This document shows, piece by piece, positions 24,131-32,509 of a stretch of 64,000 bases of DNA. The stretch lies in contig OZ252091.1 in the NCBI GenBank assembly GCA_965248145.1, positions 3,047,222-3,111,221 on the forward strand, written 5' to 3'. The stretch comes from Gammaproteobacteria bacterium (GTDB lineage: Bacteria; Pseudomonadota; Gammaproteobacteria; Eutrophobiales; Eutrophobiaceae). Each line of letters begins with the position of its first letter. Within the stretch, counting starts at the first letter, position 1. The notes below the pieces were generated by a model. The model did no database searches. It had not been told where the DNA came from and was given only the letters and a program-made list of their open reading frames with translations. The position numbers were made by a program, and so were the translations under genes.

Positions 24131-25485
24131 CAGTCAGACAACCTCTCAATTAACCGTTGGTGAATTTTTTCAAACCCGCCATTACTCATAATCACGATAT
24201 GATCATACCGCATTCTGGTGCTGTCCAGTTGAGTCACAATATCTTCCACGCTATCAAACATATGCAACTTATTGCCCAGCCCGCTGAGAGCGGCGCGCAG
24301 GTCCCAGTCAAGTCCCGGGGGTTCATATACACAAACCAGGTCCGCCGCGGTCAGGGACTCGGCAAGGGCTTCTTTGTGTATTCCTGATTTCATTGTATTC
24401 GAGCGTAACTCCAGCACGGCAATGATGCGCCGCTCGCCGGTCCGACTTCTTAACGCCTGCAGTGAACGGGTAATAGCCGTAGGATGATGGGCAAAATCAT
24501 CATAAATCGACACATTATCAACTGTCGCCAGTAATTGTAAACGCCGCTTCACATTTTTAAAACCGGATAAACTCTCACAGGCCCGGTGCGGTGAAATACC
24601 AACCCGGTATGCCGCAATTATCGCCGCCAGGGCATTTTCGGCGTTATGCTCGCCAAATAATGACCACTGCACACTTCCCACGTCCCTGCCCTCTTTAATG
24701 ACCTGAAATCCCGAATAGTCCCGGCTTGACGCCATGGTTTGCCAGGTGGAAGATGCCTCACCAAACCGGATTACCGGTGACCAGTTTCCCATCTCCAAAA
24801 CCGTATCGATATGCGGATTTCCTGCTCTGGCAATAATTTGACCGTTGGCGGGAACGGTTCTTACGAGATGATGGAACTGCCTGTGAATCGCCTGTATGTC
24901 ATCGAAAATATCGGCATGATCATATTCGATATTATTGATGATTAATACATCGGGGTGATAGTGGATGAACTTTGCCCGTTTATCGAAAAAAGCCGTGTCA
25001 TATTCATCGGCTTCTACCACAAATAAACCTGAATTGCCGAGTTCCGCGGAGTGCCCGAAATTTTCCGGAACGCCGCCGATCAAAAACCCGGGGTCTTTTC
25101 CCGCGGCGTGCAATATCCAGGCAAGTATGCTTGAGGTGGTGGTTTTGCCATGAGTGCCGGAAACTGCCAGTACCTCGCGCCCCGGCAGAATATTCTCAGC
25201 CAGCCATTGCGGCCCGGAGATACAGGGTATTTTCTCCGACAGTACGTACTCTACGCTCTTGTTGCCCCGGGACAGGACATTACCCACGATGACCAGGTCC
25301 GGCCTGGGGTCAAGCCATGCCGGTTCATAACCCTTATTGACCTCAACACCCAACCCGGCCAGTTCATCACTCATGGGCGGATAAATATGTTGGTCGCTCC
25401 CGGCAACCTGGTGCCCAAGTTGTTGCGCCAGCCGGGCGATGCCTCCCATGAAAGTGCCGCAGATTCCCAATATGTGCAGCTTCAC
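24130..25485 (-). CDS. mpl: UDP-N-acetylmuramate:L-alanyl-gamma-D-glutamyl-meso-diaminopimelate ligase
   Basis: A GTG start at 25485 gives (M)KLHILGICGTFMGGIARLAQQLGHQVAGSD. The P-loop is VSGTHGKTTTSS. Length is ~451 aa. The 543-aa ORF in the track is an upstream read-through. Confidence 0.9.
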   Translation of the reverse strand: MKLHILGICGTFMGGIARLAQQLGHQVAGSDQHIYPPMSDELAGLGVEVNKGYEPAWLDPRPDLVIVGNVLSRGNKSVEYVLSEKIPCISGPQWLAENILPGREVLAVSGTHGKTTTSSILAWILHAAGKDPGFLIGGVPENFGHSAELGNSGLFVVEADEYDTAFFDKRAKFIHYHPDVLIINNIEYDHADIFDDIQAIHRQFHHLVRTVPANGQIIARAGNPHIDTVLEMGNWSPVIRFGEASSTWQTMASSRDYSGFQVIKEGRDVGSVQWSLFGEHNAENALAAIIAAYRVGISPHRACESLSGFKNVKRRLQLLATVDNVSIYDDFAHHPTAITRSLQALRSRTGERRIIAVLELRSNTMKSGIHKEALAESLTAADLVCVYEPPGLDWDLRAALSGLGNKLHMFDSVEDIVTQLDSTRMRYDHIVIMSNGGFEKIHQRLIERLSD

Positions 25486-26047
25486 TGAACCGGATAAAGA
25501 AAGGTGAATTCGATTAATACCCCCATCAACATATATGTTATCGAGACGAATACCCCGACAACAAACGAGGACGAAATGGCATGTCTGAAAATATGTGCCA
25601 TCACGACTACGTACCAGATAATTATGACGTAAAGGAGTAAGTAGAAGATTTGTTCCATGGATGTCATCGGGTTGGAATCGGGCAGGGTAAGGACAAGGGG
25701 AATGAGCAATACACCGAATAATATCCCGGTTCCTGCCAACGCCGTTACAGTCTGGCTCCACCGGTTCGCTTTACGGCACAGCAATAGCAGTAAATAAACA
25801 AATACCAGTAAAAACGCAGTATCAACCAATCCTGCCAATAACGTATTCGTTACCGTCTTATCCAATGCGGCCAACAGCAAATTAAGCAGGAGATAAATGC
25901 CGACGGTGAGCGTCAACAATTCCCGGGAAGCAGGAATGTCCTGGGGCTGGCGCTTCAATAGACACATATAAGAAAACATCTTGGTGAGTACTATTGCATC
26001 AGCATACATGCTAACAGTTTATATGAAAACAGCAGGGGTTGTATCGG
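25319..26047. repeat. 729-bp direct duplication, copy 1 (mpl 5' end plus the membrane-protein gene)
   Basis: Aligns with 28741-29469 at a constant offset of 3422 nt. I found only 3 substitutions. Confidence 0.9.
25482..26009 (-). CDS. Polytopic membrane protein, unknown function (copy 1)
   Basis: 175 aa with about 5 hydrophobic helices. A near-identical second copy lies at 28904..29431. Confidence 0.6.
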   Translation of the reverse strand: MYADAIVLTKMFSYMCLLKRQPQDIPASRELLTLTVGIYLLLNLLLAALDKTVTNTLLAGLVDTAFLLVFVYLLLLLCRKANRWSQTVTALAGTGILFGVLLIPLVLTLPDSNPMTSMEQIFYLLLYVIIIWYVVVMAHIFRHAISSSFVVGVFVSITYMLMGVLIEFTFLYPVQ

Positions 26048-26076
26048 GATAACCGATATTCAACCAGGATAAGCTC

Positions 26077-26157
26077 TTGACATTATACGGACATAACCTA
26101 TTATGTTACTTGTCCAGTCAGACATATAATCCTCTTATATACTGTATATGGATATAG
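26077..26157 (+). promoter_or_regulatory. Putative sigma-70 promoter(s) and a LexA-box-like dyad upstream of the 65-aa ORF
   Basis: TTGACA (26077-82), 16 nt, then TATTAT (26099-104). A perfect TATAAT lies at 26125-30. ctgtatatggatatag (26142-57) matches CTGT-N8-ACAG except for one base. AAGGAG lies 7 nt before the ATG. Confidence 0.35.
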
Positions 26158-26234
26158 TTAATCACAGTGACATAATAAGCAGGAGGGCTTTATTTTTGGT
26201 CCCACCTGGCTCAACTACAAAAGGAGATAATTGA

Positions 26235-26432
26235 ATGAGCAGCACTGCATTATACAAAGCATTGACTGAAGCAGGCGCATCCGAAGGCAGCGCTACCGCC
26301 GCCGCGGACGGCGTGATTACTCACCTGCAGCGGATTGAAATAAATATCGCCGAACTGAAGATTACAAACCGAGTAATATTGAGCTTGGTCTTCGCGATGT
26401 TTCTGGTGGTCTTGAAACCCTTCATCTGGTAA
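26235..26432 (+). CDS. Small protein with a DUF1640-like N-terminus and a C-terminal transmembrane helix
   Basis: 65 aa: ALYKALTEAGASEGSATAAADGV...ELKITNRVILSLVFAMFLVVLKPFIW. It has a strong Shine-Dalgarno sequence. Confidence 0.5.
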   Translation: MSSTALYKALTEAGASEGSATAAADGVITHLQRIEINIAELKITNRVILSLVFAMFLVVLKPFIW

Positions 26433-26561
26433 CCATAGCCAACTCGACAAGTTGTCCCCCACCCCTTGGTAAGTGGTTTCCCGACAAGGGTGCAGCGGCT
26501 GTTTTGGTGTATAGACGCAGGCTAGTGTCTATACAAACGCCGGGAACCGGCACAAGATGGC

Positions 26562-28642
26562 CTAGCCCAAGTTTAACACCCATATTTATAAGTTCTTATT
26601 ATTCAATCAGTTAGAATTGATAAATTCGGCGTCTGGCACTACAAAGTGCCTTTTATCCGTCGTTTAACCTATTACACGACCGTCTTCTGCGTGCCGCCGG
26701 GGTTCTCGTCCAGGCCTAACGCCGCATAGAGGGCCTGCTGTTGCGCCTCCGGGCGCGTGGCTTTACGGATATGCAGGGTACGTTGGTCGGCACAACGGAA
26801 GGTAGCGGTCACCCGCTGCTGTCCCCCCAGGATACGGCGCAACGTCGTCCAGCTGGCCGTCTCCCCGTGCGCCCGCAGACGGCGACGGATGAACTGCACG
26901 GCCTGATAGGCCAGTACGGTGATGAACAGGTGCCCCTCGGCGCGCGTCGGTGTCTGGTGAAACACCGGACGCAGCCCCAACTCCGATTTGAGTGCGCGGA
27001 ACACGGCCTCCAGATCGGTCAGCAGGGTATAGGTGCGCCAGAGCTTTTCCGCATCCCAGTCGGTGAGATTACTGCGCAGGCAATACACGCCCGGATGCGT
27101 CAGCAGGGAGCCGCTATGGGGCCGGCATTGCCAGCTGAGGGACGCGGCCTGCTTGCCGCTGGCATCCGCGGTGACGTCAACAACATAATGTTGGGCAATA
27201 CCGCGGCTTTGTTCGCGCAGCCGACCGATGCGTTGGTGGATACTGTTCAAACTCTTGCGCGTGCGGGGCCGCGACAAGCCGTCGGCCAGGCGTTGCAGCC
27301 CGGTCTCGAAACGCTGTTGCAGGCGTGCCGCGATGCCTTTCTCTTTCTCGGCCCGGGCCGCCGAATAACAGTACAGGCGGGCCTCGCCCTCGTTCTGTTC
27401 CAGGGACAGTTGCACCGGCTGCCCGGAGGCGGTGTCTATCGTTATGGCCTGCTCCAGGTCGAACTGTCGGTGGCGGGCACGGCTCACCACCAGGTAACGG
27501 TAGCCCTGTTCACGCAGCCAGGCGATGTTGGCCTCGGTCGCTATCCCCCGGTCCAGCACCACCAGCGCCGCCGCCGGCGCGCCCAGCGCCGTCAGCATGT
27601 CTGCCAATGTGCTGTCTTCCCGCACATTGCCGGCAAACACCTGCGAACGGCGCACAAAGCCGCTGCCGTCCAGTACCAGACCCAACGTCAGCAACGGACA
27701 GTCACTGCGTTTCTCCTTCGAGTGTCCCCGGCGCGCCTTCGGTTGTACCCCGGCCTCACCCTCAAAATAGGTGTTGGTCAGGTCGTACAGCGTCACGGGG
27801 GGGGACAGGTCGAATAAATCACTCACCTGCCGGAACAGGTGGTGTTCGAGGTCGTCCCGGTGCGCCAGCAAGACATCCGAGGCGCGATACAGTTGCATGG
27901 CGCTCATCGCTTCAAAGTCCACCCCCAGCAACTCGCCCAGGGCGCTGCGTTGACCCAGCCAGGCATGGGTGGCGCGTTCCGACCCCGGCGCCGCCAGGCG
28001 CCCGATAATCGATCCCAGCGCCGCCGCCTGTTGCGGTCCGGTCAACCCCAGCCGTGCCAGTAACACCGGCACGCCCAGTTGTTGCAGTGCCCACAGGCCC
28101 ACCGCTTCCACCCCCACCGCGCGCGGCCGCAGCAGCGCCAGCGAAGCGGCGACCACACTGTGTACGTCCTCGGCCGGGGAGGCCGCCGCGGCCGGCGCCG
28201 GGGCGCGGGCCAGCAGTTGCGCGGCGATGCGTTGCGCTTCGGTTTCCAGCGCCGCCGGACAATCCGGATCCAGCAGCTCGGTCTGGCCGGACAGCAAGTG
28301 TTCGATGCGGGCACATAACGTCGGCCACTGCGTCCGCTCGATGGCGTAGTGGCTGCCGAGGTTGAGCAGGGTGCGTTGGCGGACTTTCTCCCCCACGCGT
28401 TCGGCGCGCACCAGGCGGTAGGTGAAATAATCCTGACCGGTGTCGGTGCGACGGGTACGGGTGCGACGGATAAACATGGGGGACAGGATAGCGTGTCGGA
28501 AGGGGGCTGTCAAGAAGAAATATCACTTTATGGCACTACATTCATAAAATCCCTCATCCAACTATGAAAAATCAATTACTTAGAGGTGACTACAAGCGAA
28601 AATCAGCCAAAATTCGGGGTTCGAGTGTTAAACTTGGGCTAG
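26562..28642 (-). mobile_element. IS1634-family (IS4 superfamily) insertion sequence, 2081 bp, GC-rich relative to its surroundings
   Basis: 18-bp perfect terminal inverted repeats: ctagcccaagtttaacac (26562-79) and gtgttaaacttgggctag (28625-42). There is a single long transposase ORF. Confidence 0.85.
26672..28513 (-). CDS. IS1634-family DDE transposase
   Basis: The likely start is MFIRRTRTRRTDTGQDYFTYRLVRAERVGEKVRQRTLLNLG at 28477, the N-terminal pattern I associate with IS1634-type transposases. About 600 aa. Confidence 0.8.
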   Translation of the reverse strand: MTAPFRHAILSPMFIRRTRTRRTDTGQDYFTYRLVRAERVGEKVRQRTLLNLGSHYAIERTQWPTLCARIEHLLSGQTELLDPDCPAALETEAQRIAAQLLARAPAPAAAASPAEDVHSVVAASLALLRPRAVGVEAVGLWALQQLGVPVLLARLGLTGPQQAAALGSIIGRLAAPGSERATHAWLGQRSALGELLGVDFEAMSAMQLYRASDVLLAHRDDLEHHLFRQVSDLFDLSPPVTLYDLTNTYFEGEAGVQPKARRGHSKEKRSDCPLLTLGLVLDGSGFVRRSQVFAGNVREDSTLADMLTALGAPAAALVVLDRGIATEANIAWLREQGYRYLVVSRARHRQFDLEQAITIDTASGQPVQLSLEQNEGEARLYCYSAARAEKEKGIAARLQQRFETGLQRLADGLSRPRTRKSLNSIHQRIGRLREQSRGIAQHYVVDVTADASGKQAASLSWQCRPHSGSLLTHPGVYCLRSNLTDWDAEKLWRTYTLLTDLEAVFRALKSELGLRPVFHQTPTRAEGHLFITVLAYQAVQFIRRRLRAHGETASWTTLRRILGGQQRVTATFRCADQRTLHIRKATRPEAQQQALYAALGLDENPGGTQKTVV

Positions 28643-28740
28643 CTCATGGAGCAAAAAACAGCCTCGAGACTCTTCCTATGAGGGCCTTACTGTAAAGGCA
28701 GCGCTGCTTTACTATTTTCGACTCGAGCGAGAATCGTCTC

Positions 28741-28907
28741 GCCGGTTCATAACCCTTATTGACCTCAACACCCAACCCGGCCAGTTCATCACTCATGGGC
28801 GGATAAATATGTTGGTCGCTCCCGGCAACCTGGTGCCCAAGTTGTTGCGCCAGCCGGGCGATGCCTCCCATGAAAGTGCCGCAGATTCCCAATATGTGCA
28901 GCTTCAC
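28741..28907 (-). pseudogene. Truncated duplicate of the mpl 5' end (first ~55 codons)
   Basis: Identical to mpl codons 1-55. It then reads into unrelated sequence (…EPARRFSLESKIV…). Confidence 0.85.
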
Positions 28908-29431
28908 TGAACCGGATAAAGAAAGGTGAATTCGATTAATACCCCTATCAACATATATGTTATCGAGACGAATACCCCGACAACAAACGAGGACGAAATG
29001 GCATGTCTGAAAATATGTGCCATCACGACTACGTACCAGATAATTATGACGTAAAGGAGTAAGTAGAAGATTTGTTCCATGGATGTCATCGGGTTGGAAT
29101 CGGGCAGGGTAAGGACAAGGGGAATGAGCAATACACCGAATAATATCCCGGTTCCTGCCAACGCCGTTACAGTCTGGCTCCACCGGTTCGCTTTACGGCA
29201 CAGCAATAGCAGTAAATAAACAAATACCAGTAAAAACGCAGTATCAACCAATCCTGCCAATAACGTATTCGTTACCGTCTTATCCAATGCGGCCAACAGC
29301 AAATTAAGCAGGAGATAAATGCCGACGGTGAGCGTCAACAATTCCCGGGAAGCAGGAATGTCCTGGGGCTGGCGCTTCAATAGACACATATAAGAAAACA
29401 TCTTGGTGAGTACTATTGCATCAGCATACAT
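28904..29431 (-). CDS. Polytopic membrane protein, unknown function (copy 2)
   Basis: 175 aa with one substitution (M to I) relative to 25482..26009. Confidence 0.6.
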   Translation of the reverse strand: MYADAIVLTKMFSYMCLLKRQPQDIPASRELLTLTVGIYLLLNLLLAALDKTVTNTLLAGLVDTAFLLVFVYLLLLLCRKANRWSQTVTALAGTGILFGVLLIPLVLTLPDSNPMTSMEQIFYLLLYVIIIWYVVVMAHIFRHAISSSFVVGVFVSITYMLIGVLIEFTFLYPVQ

Positions 29432-29606
29432 GCCAACAGTTTATATGAAAACAGCAGGGTTTGTATCGGACAAGTGGCTATGTGATACCATAAATTTTTC
29501 CTATTACAGTTATTAAATATTAAAATTATCACCATCCTCAATATTGCGCTATGCTGTGTTTTGACCTGATGAGTTAATCAAACACGTTACTGAACAGGAG
29601 GAAAAA

Positions 29607-30083
29607 ATGCAGATAGATATTGGTATTTCCGAAGAGCACAGGCAACAGATTGCGGAGGGGTTGGCACGACTGCTTGCCGACAGTTATACGCTGTACCTCA
29701 AGACACATAATTTCCATTGGAACGTGACCGGCCCGATGTTCAGCACGTTGCACATCTTGTTTGAGCAACACTATACCGAACTGGCAACGGCGGTGGATGA
29801 AATTGCAGAACGCATCAGGGCATTGGGTGTAGCGGCCCCGGGGTCCTATCAACAATTCAGTCAACTGTCCTCAATTGAGGAGGAAACCGGCGTGCCAAGT
29901 GCGGAAGAGATGATAAAGCAACTCGTCCAGGGCCAGGAGGCGGTTGTCAAAACGGCCAGGAGTATCTTCCCGGTCGTGGATAGCGCCAATGATGAGCCCT
30001 CGGCGGATTTACTGACGCAACGAATGCAGATTCATGAGAAGAATGCGTGGATGCTGCGCAGTTTGCTGGAAGCCGGTGGTTAG
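29607..30083 (+). CDS. dps: Dps-family DNA-binding ferritin-like protein
   Basis: [53 protein letters not shown]. Confidence 0.92.
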   Translation: MQIDIGISEEHRQQIAEGLARLLADSYTLYLKTHNFHWNVTGPMFSTLHILFEQHYTELATAVDEIAERIRALGVAAPGSYQQFSQLSSIEEETGVPSAEEMIKQLVQGQEAVVKTARSIFPVVDSANDEPSADLLTQRMQIHEKNAWMLRSLLEAGG

Positions 30084-30089
30084 AATAAT

Positions 30090-30473
30090 ATGACATTGCA
30101 AGGTCTGACAACGGGGTTCCATGGGAGAACGGCGTTAATAGTGCTCCTGTATCTTGCCGGCGTTACGTCATTTGCGGAAACGCCGTTAAGAAATTCATTC
30201 GACAGTGAGGATATGAAATTAGTGGGCGAGGCGAACCTGGCGTATACAACCTGCCTGCAACAACATGCACGGGAGCACGTGGCATCCAGTCCCGATATTC
30301 GCGTCATCGCAGGAAATGCGGCTGAAGCCTGCAATTCGATCCTGGCCGAACTGGAAAACACCCTGACGGACAGGGGGATCAACTCAGCTTTCTTTATGGG
30401 AGCAGTTGCACGAATAAAGAATCGGGCCATCCGGCGCGTATTGCCGTTGTTGATGATGGAGAAATCCGGCTAA
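30090..30473 (+). CDS. Hypothetical secreted protein
   Basis: 127 aa with a signal-peptide-like N-terminus (ALIVLLYLAGVTSFAE). No family recognised. Confidence 0.4.
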   Translation: MTLQGLTTGFHGRTALIVLLYLAGVTSFAETPLRNSFDSEDMKLVGEANLAYTTCLQQHAREHVASSPDIRVIAGNAAEACNSILAELENTLTDRGINSAFFMGAVARIKNRAIRRVLPLLMMEKSG

Positions 30474-30982
30474 GAAACCTTCATGAGCGGTTCCAATTCC
30501 GCCAGGGCCTGTTTATAGACGTTTCTTTTAAAAAACACGACACTTTCGACAGGCTCATGGGAATCGACCCAGCGCCAGTGATCGAATTCCGGACGCCGGC
30601 TTGAGGTCAGGTTGACGTTGCTTTCATCACCTACCAGCTTAAGTAAATACCAGCGTTGTTTCTGACCGATACAGAGGGGTCTGGCGTTACGCCTGATGTA
30701 TTTTTTCGGCAGTCTGTATTGTAACCAGTTCCGGGTCGCGCCAACTACTTCCACGTGTTCAGGCAGTAGACCGACTTCCTCATGCAATTCCCTGAACATG
30801 GCGGCCTCGGCTGACTCGTGCGGCTTGAGCCCTCCCTGCGGGAACTGCCAGGCATCCATCCCGGTCCGTTTTGCCCAGAACAGCCGACGTTCATGGTTAA
30901 ACAGGACGATGGCCACATTTGCGCGGAACCCGTCTGCATCGATAATTTGTGAATTCGATCCTGTCATTCCGTTATTGTACAA
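30470..30982 (-). CDS. rppH: RNA pyrophosphohydrolase (Nudix)
   Basis: GFRANVAIVLFN, WQFPQGG and the Nudix box GGLKPHESAEAAMFRELHEEVGL. Confidence 0.9.
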   Translation of the reverse strand: MYNNGMTGSNSQIIDADGFRANVAIVLFNHERRLFWAKRTGMDAWQFPQGGLKPHESAEAAMFRELHEEVGLLPEHVEVVGATRNWLQYRLPKKYIRRNARPLCIGQKQRWYLLKLVGDESNVNLTSSRRPEFDHWRWVDSHEPVESVVFFKRNVYKQALAELEPLMKVS

Positions 30983-30991
30983 TATCGCGTA

Positions 30992-31100
30992 TTTGGGGTC
31001 AGAGTAAAAACTATTTGCGATGCTTGGGATATTTGAGTTGTTAAAATAGTTTTTACTCTGACCCCAAATATTTCCGTGTTTTTACTCTGACCCCAAATAT
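30992..31100. repeat. REP family C (ttggggtcagagtaaaaa): an inverted pair plus a third unit
   Basis: tttggggtcagagtaaaaacta ... tagtttttactctgaccccaaa ... tttttactctgaccccaaat. The same unit forms an inverted pair at 40042-40118. Confidence 0.85.
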
Positions 31101-31105
31101 CGCAT

Positions 31106-32083
31106 TTAAAACAAATGTTTGATTGCATCTCTCTCTTGCTCCAGCTCCGCCTGTGTCTCCGCCATTTTTATCCGGCTGAATTCATCGATATCCAGCCCTT
31201 TCACTATCTCATAGCCGCCACCGGAGCAGGTAACGGGGAAGGAATAAACAATGCCTTCCGGGATGCCATAAGAACCATCGGCGGCGACAGCCATACTCGT
31301 CCAACTGTTTTCAGTGGTGCCTGATACCCAATCACGTGTATGGTCCAGGATAGCGTTTGCCGCGGATGCGGCGCTGGACGCGCCCCGGGCCTTGATTATT
31401 TCGGCGCCGCGCCTGGCAACGCCGGGGATATATTCGTTTTCATACCAGTCCTGTTCGATCATGCCCATCACCGGTTTTCCATTTGCAAGAGCATGGTGAA
31501 GGTCCGGGTACTGTGTGGTTGAATGGTTCCCCCAGACGGTCAGTTTCCGGATAGCGTTAACCGGGCAATCGATTTTATCGGCCAGTTTCGCCAATGCCCT
31601 GTTATGATCGAGACGCATCATCGCCATCACCTGACGAGGGTCGATATCAGGCGCATTTTTCATGGTAATCAAGGCATTCGTATTGGCCGGGTTCCCAATG
31701 ACCAGGATTTTAACATCACGACTCGCGTGCTCATTCAACGCCCTGCCCTGCACGTTAAAGATTTCGGCGTTACTCAATAACAGGTCGGCCCGCTCCATGC
31801 CGGCGCCGCGTGGTCTTGCACCGACCAGAAAAGCAAAATCCGCATCCCTGAATGCCACATCGACGGCATCGGTTGTGACTACGCCGGCCAGCGTTGAAAA
31901 AGCACAGTCATCCAATTCCATCACCACACCGTCCAAAGCCGGTAATGCAGGTGCAATTTCCAGTAGTTGTAAAATCACCGGCTGGTCCTTGCCTAATAAC
32001 TCTCCGGCGGCAATCCGGAACAATAAGGCATAGCCGATTTGACCTGCAGCGCCGCTGACGACGACACGTACGGGGTGGTTCAT
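31106..32083 (-). CDS. mdh: Malate dehydrogenase
   Basis: [38 protein letters not shown] and MRLDHNRA. Confidence 0.93.
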   Translation of the reverse strand: MNHPVRVVVSGAAGQIGYALLFRIAAGELLGKDQPVILQLLEIAPALPALDGVVMELDDCAFSTLAGVVTTDAVDVAFRDADFAFLVGARPRGAGMERADLLLSNAEIFNVQGRALNEHASRDVKILVIGNPANTNALITMKNAPDIDPRQVMAMMRLDHNRALAKLADKIDCPVNAIRKLTVWGNHSTTQYPDLHHALANGKPVMGMIEQDWYENEYIPGVARRGAEIIKARGASSAASAANAILDHTRDWVSGTTENSWTSMAVAADGSYGIPEGIVYSFPVTCSGGGYEIVKGLDIDEFSRIKMAETQAELEQERDAIKHLF

Positions 32084-32130
32084 GGTTTATTTTCTCCTGT
32101 TCAACATCGGGTAGAAACGCAATCGTACCT

Positions 32131-32174
32131 CTAGCCCGTATTTCTCACCAGGTGGTGCGATGATCGCGCCGGAT
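32131..32174 (-). promoter_or_regulatory. Conserved 44-bp motif (family F) 48 nt upstream of the mdh start; second copy upstream of leuB
   Basis: ctagcccgtatttctcaccaggtggtgcgatgatcgcgccggat compares with ctagcccgtatatctcaccaatggatgcgatgatggcgccggat at 57218-57261. Confidence 0.5.
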
Positions 32175-32509
32175 TTTTTGCGCCAACGGGTGCCGGAGCC
32201 TGCCCCGTACTTGATACGGGGACCGAAAGCATAACCGTAGCTCTGGTTGAGGGACAAATCGTCAGGACAGACGATTTGCACGGCGCCAGCCGCCCGAAGG
32301 GTTGCGCCCAGGGATGGGCGCAATGAACACGTGCCCGTTGGCGCAAAAAAGACAAGCGAGGGCGCATCAAGCGCAGTCTGTAATGATGACATAGTCAACA
32401 GATTACCATAACTTATTGACAGCAAACATGTATTCGACAGCAACAAGCGACCTGGTGAGAAATGCGGGCTAGACTCGTCTCTCTATCAGGTGAAGACGCG
32501 TGTGCATCT

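Larger units (their letters stand above)
28741..29469. repeat. 729-bp direct duplication, copy 2
   Basis: See 25319-26047. Confidence 0.9.

Noticed and set aside
25486-25761. N-terminal 90-aa extension of mpl in the 543-aa ORF (and the equivalent 28908..29183 in the duplicate).
   Set aside because: The extension overlaps the membrane-protein gene in another frame. The Mpl family starts at MKLHILGICG, and a GTG start at 25485 fits.
26741-28567. Many long ORFs antisense to, or out of frame with, the IS1634 transposase (for example 26741..27817 at 358 aa, 27325..28008 and 27912..28526).
   Set aside because: These are typical spurious open frames of high-GC DNA, with Arg/Pro/Gly/Ala-rich low-complexity translations. 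The transposase frame alone has family-like sequence.
25319-29469. The 729-bp direct repeats as an extra-long target-site duplication of the IS1634-family element. That family is known for long, variable duplications.
   Set aside because: The repeats do not abut the IS termini (514 bp and 98 bp of other sequence intervene). I saw no inverted-repeat relationship between the outer ends of the 2.7-kb insert. I kept this as a less likely alternative in the finding.
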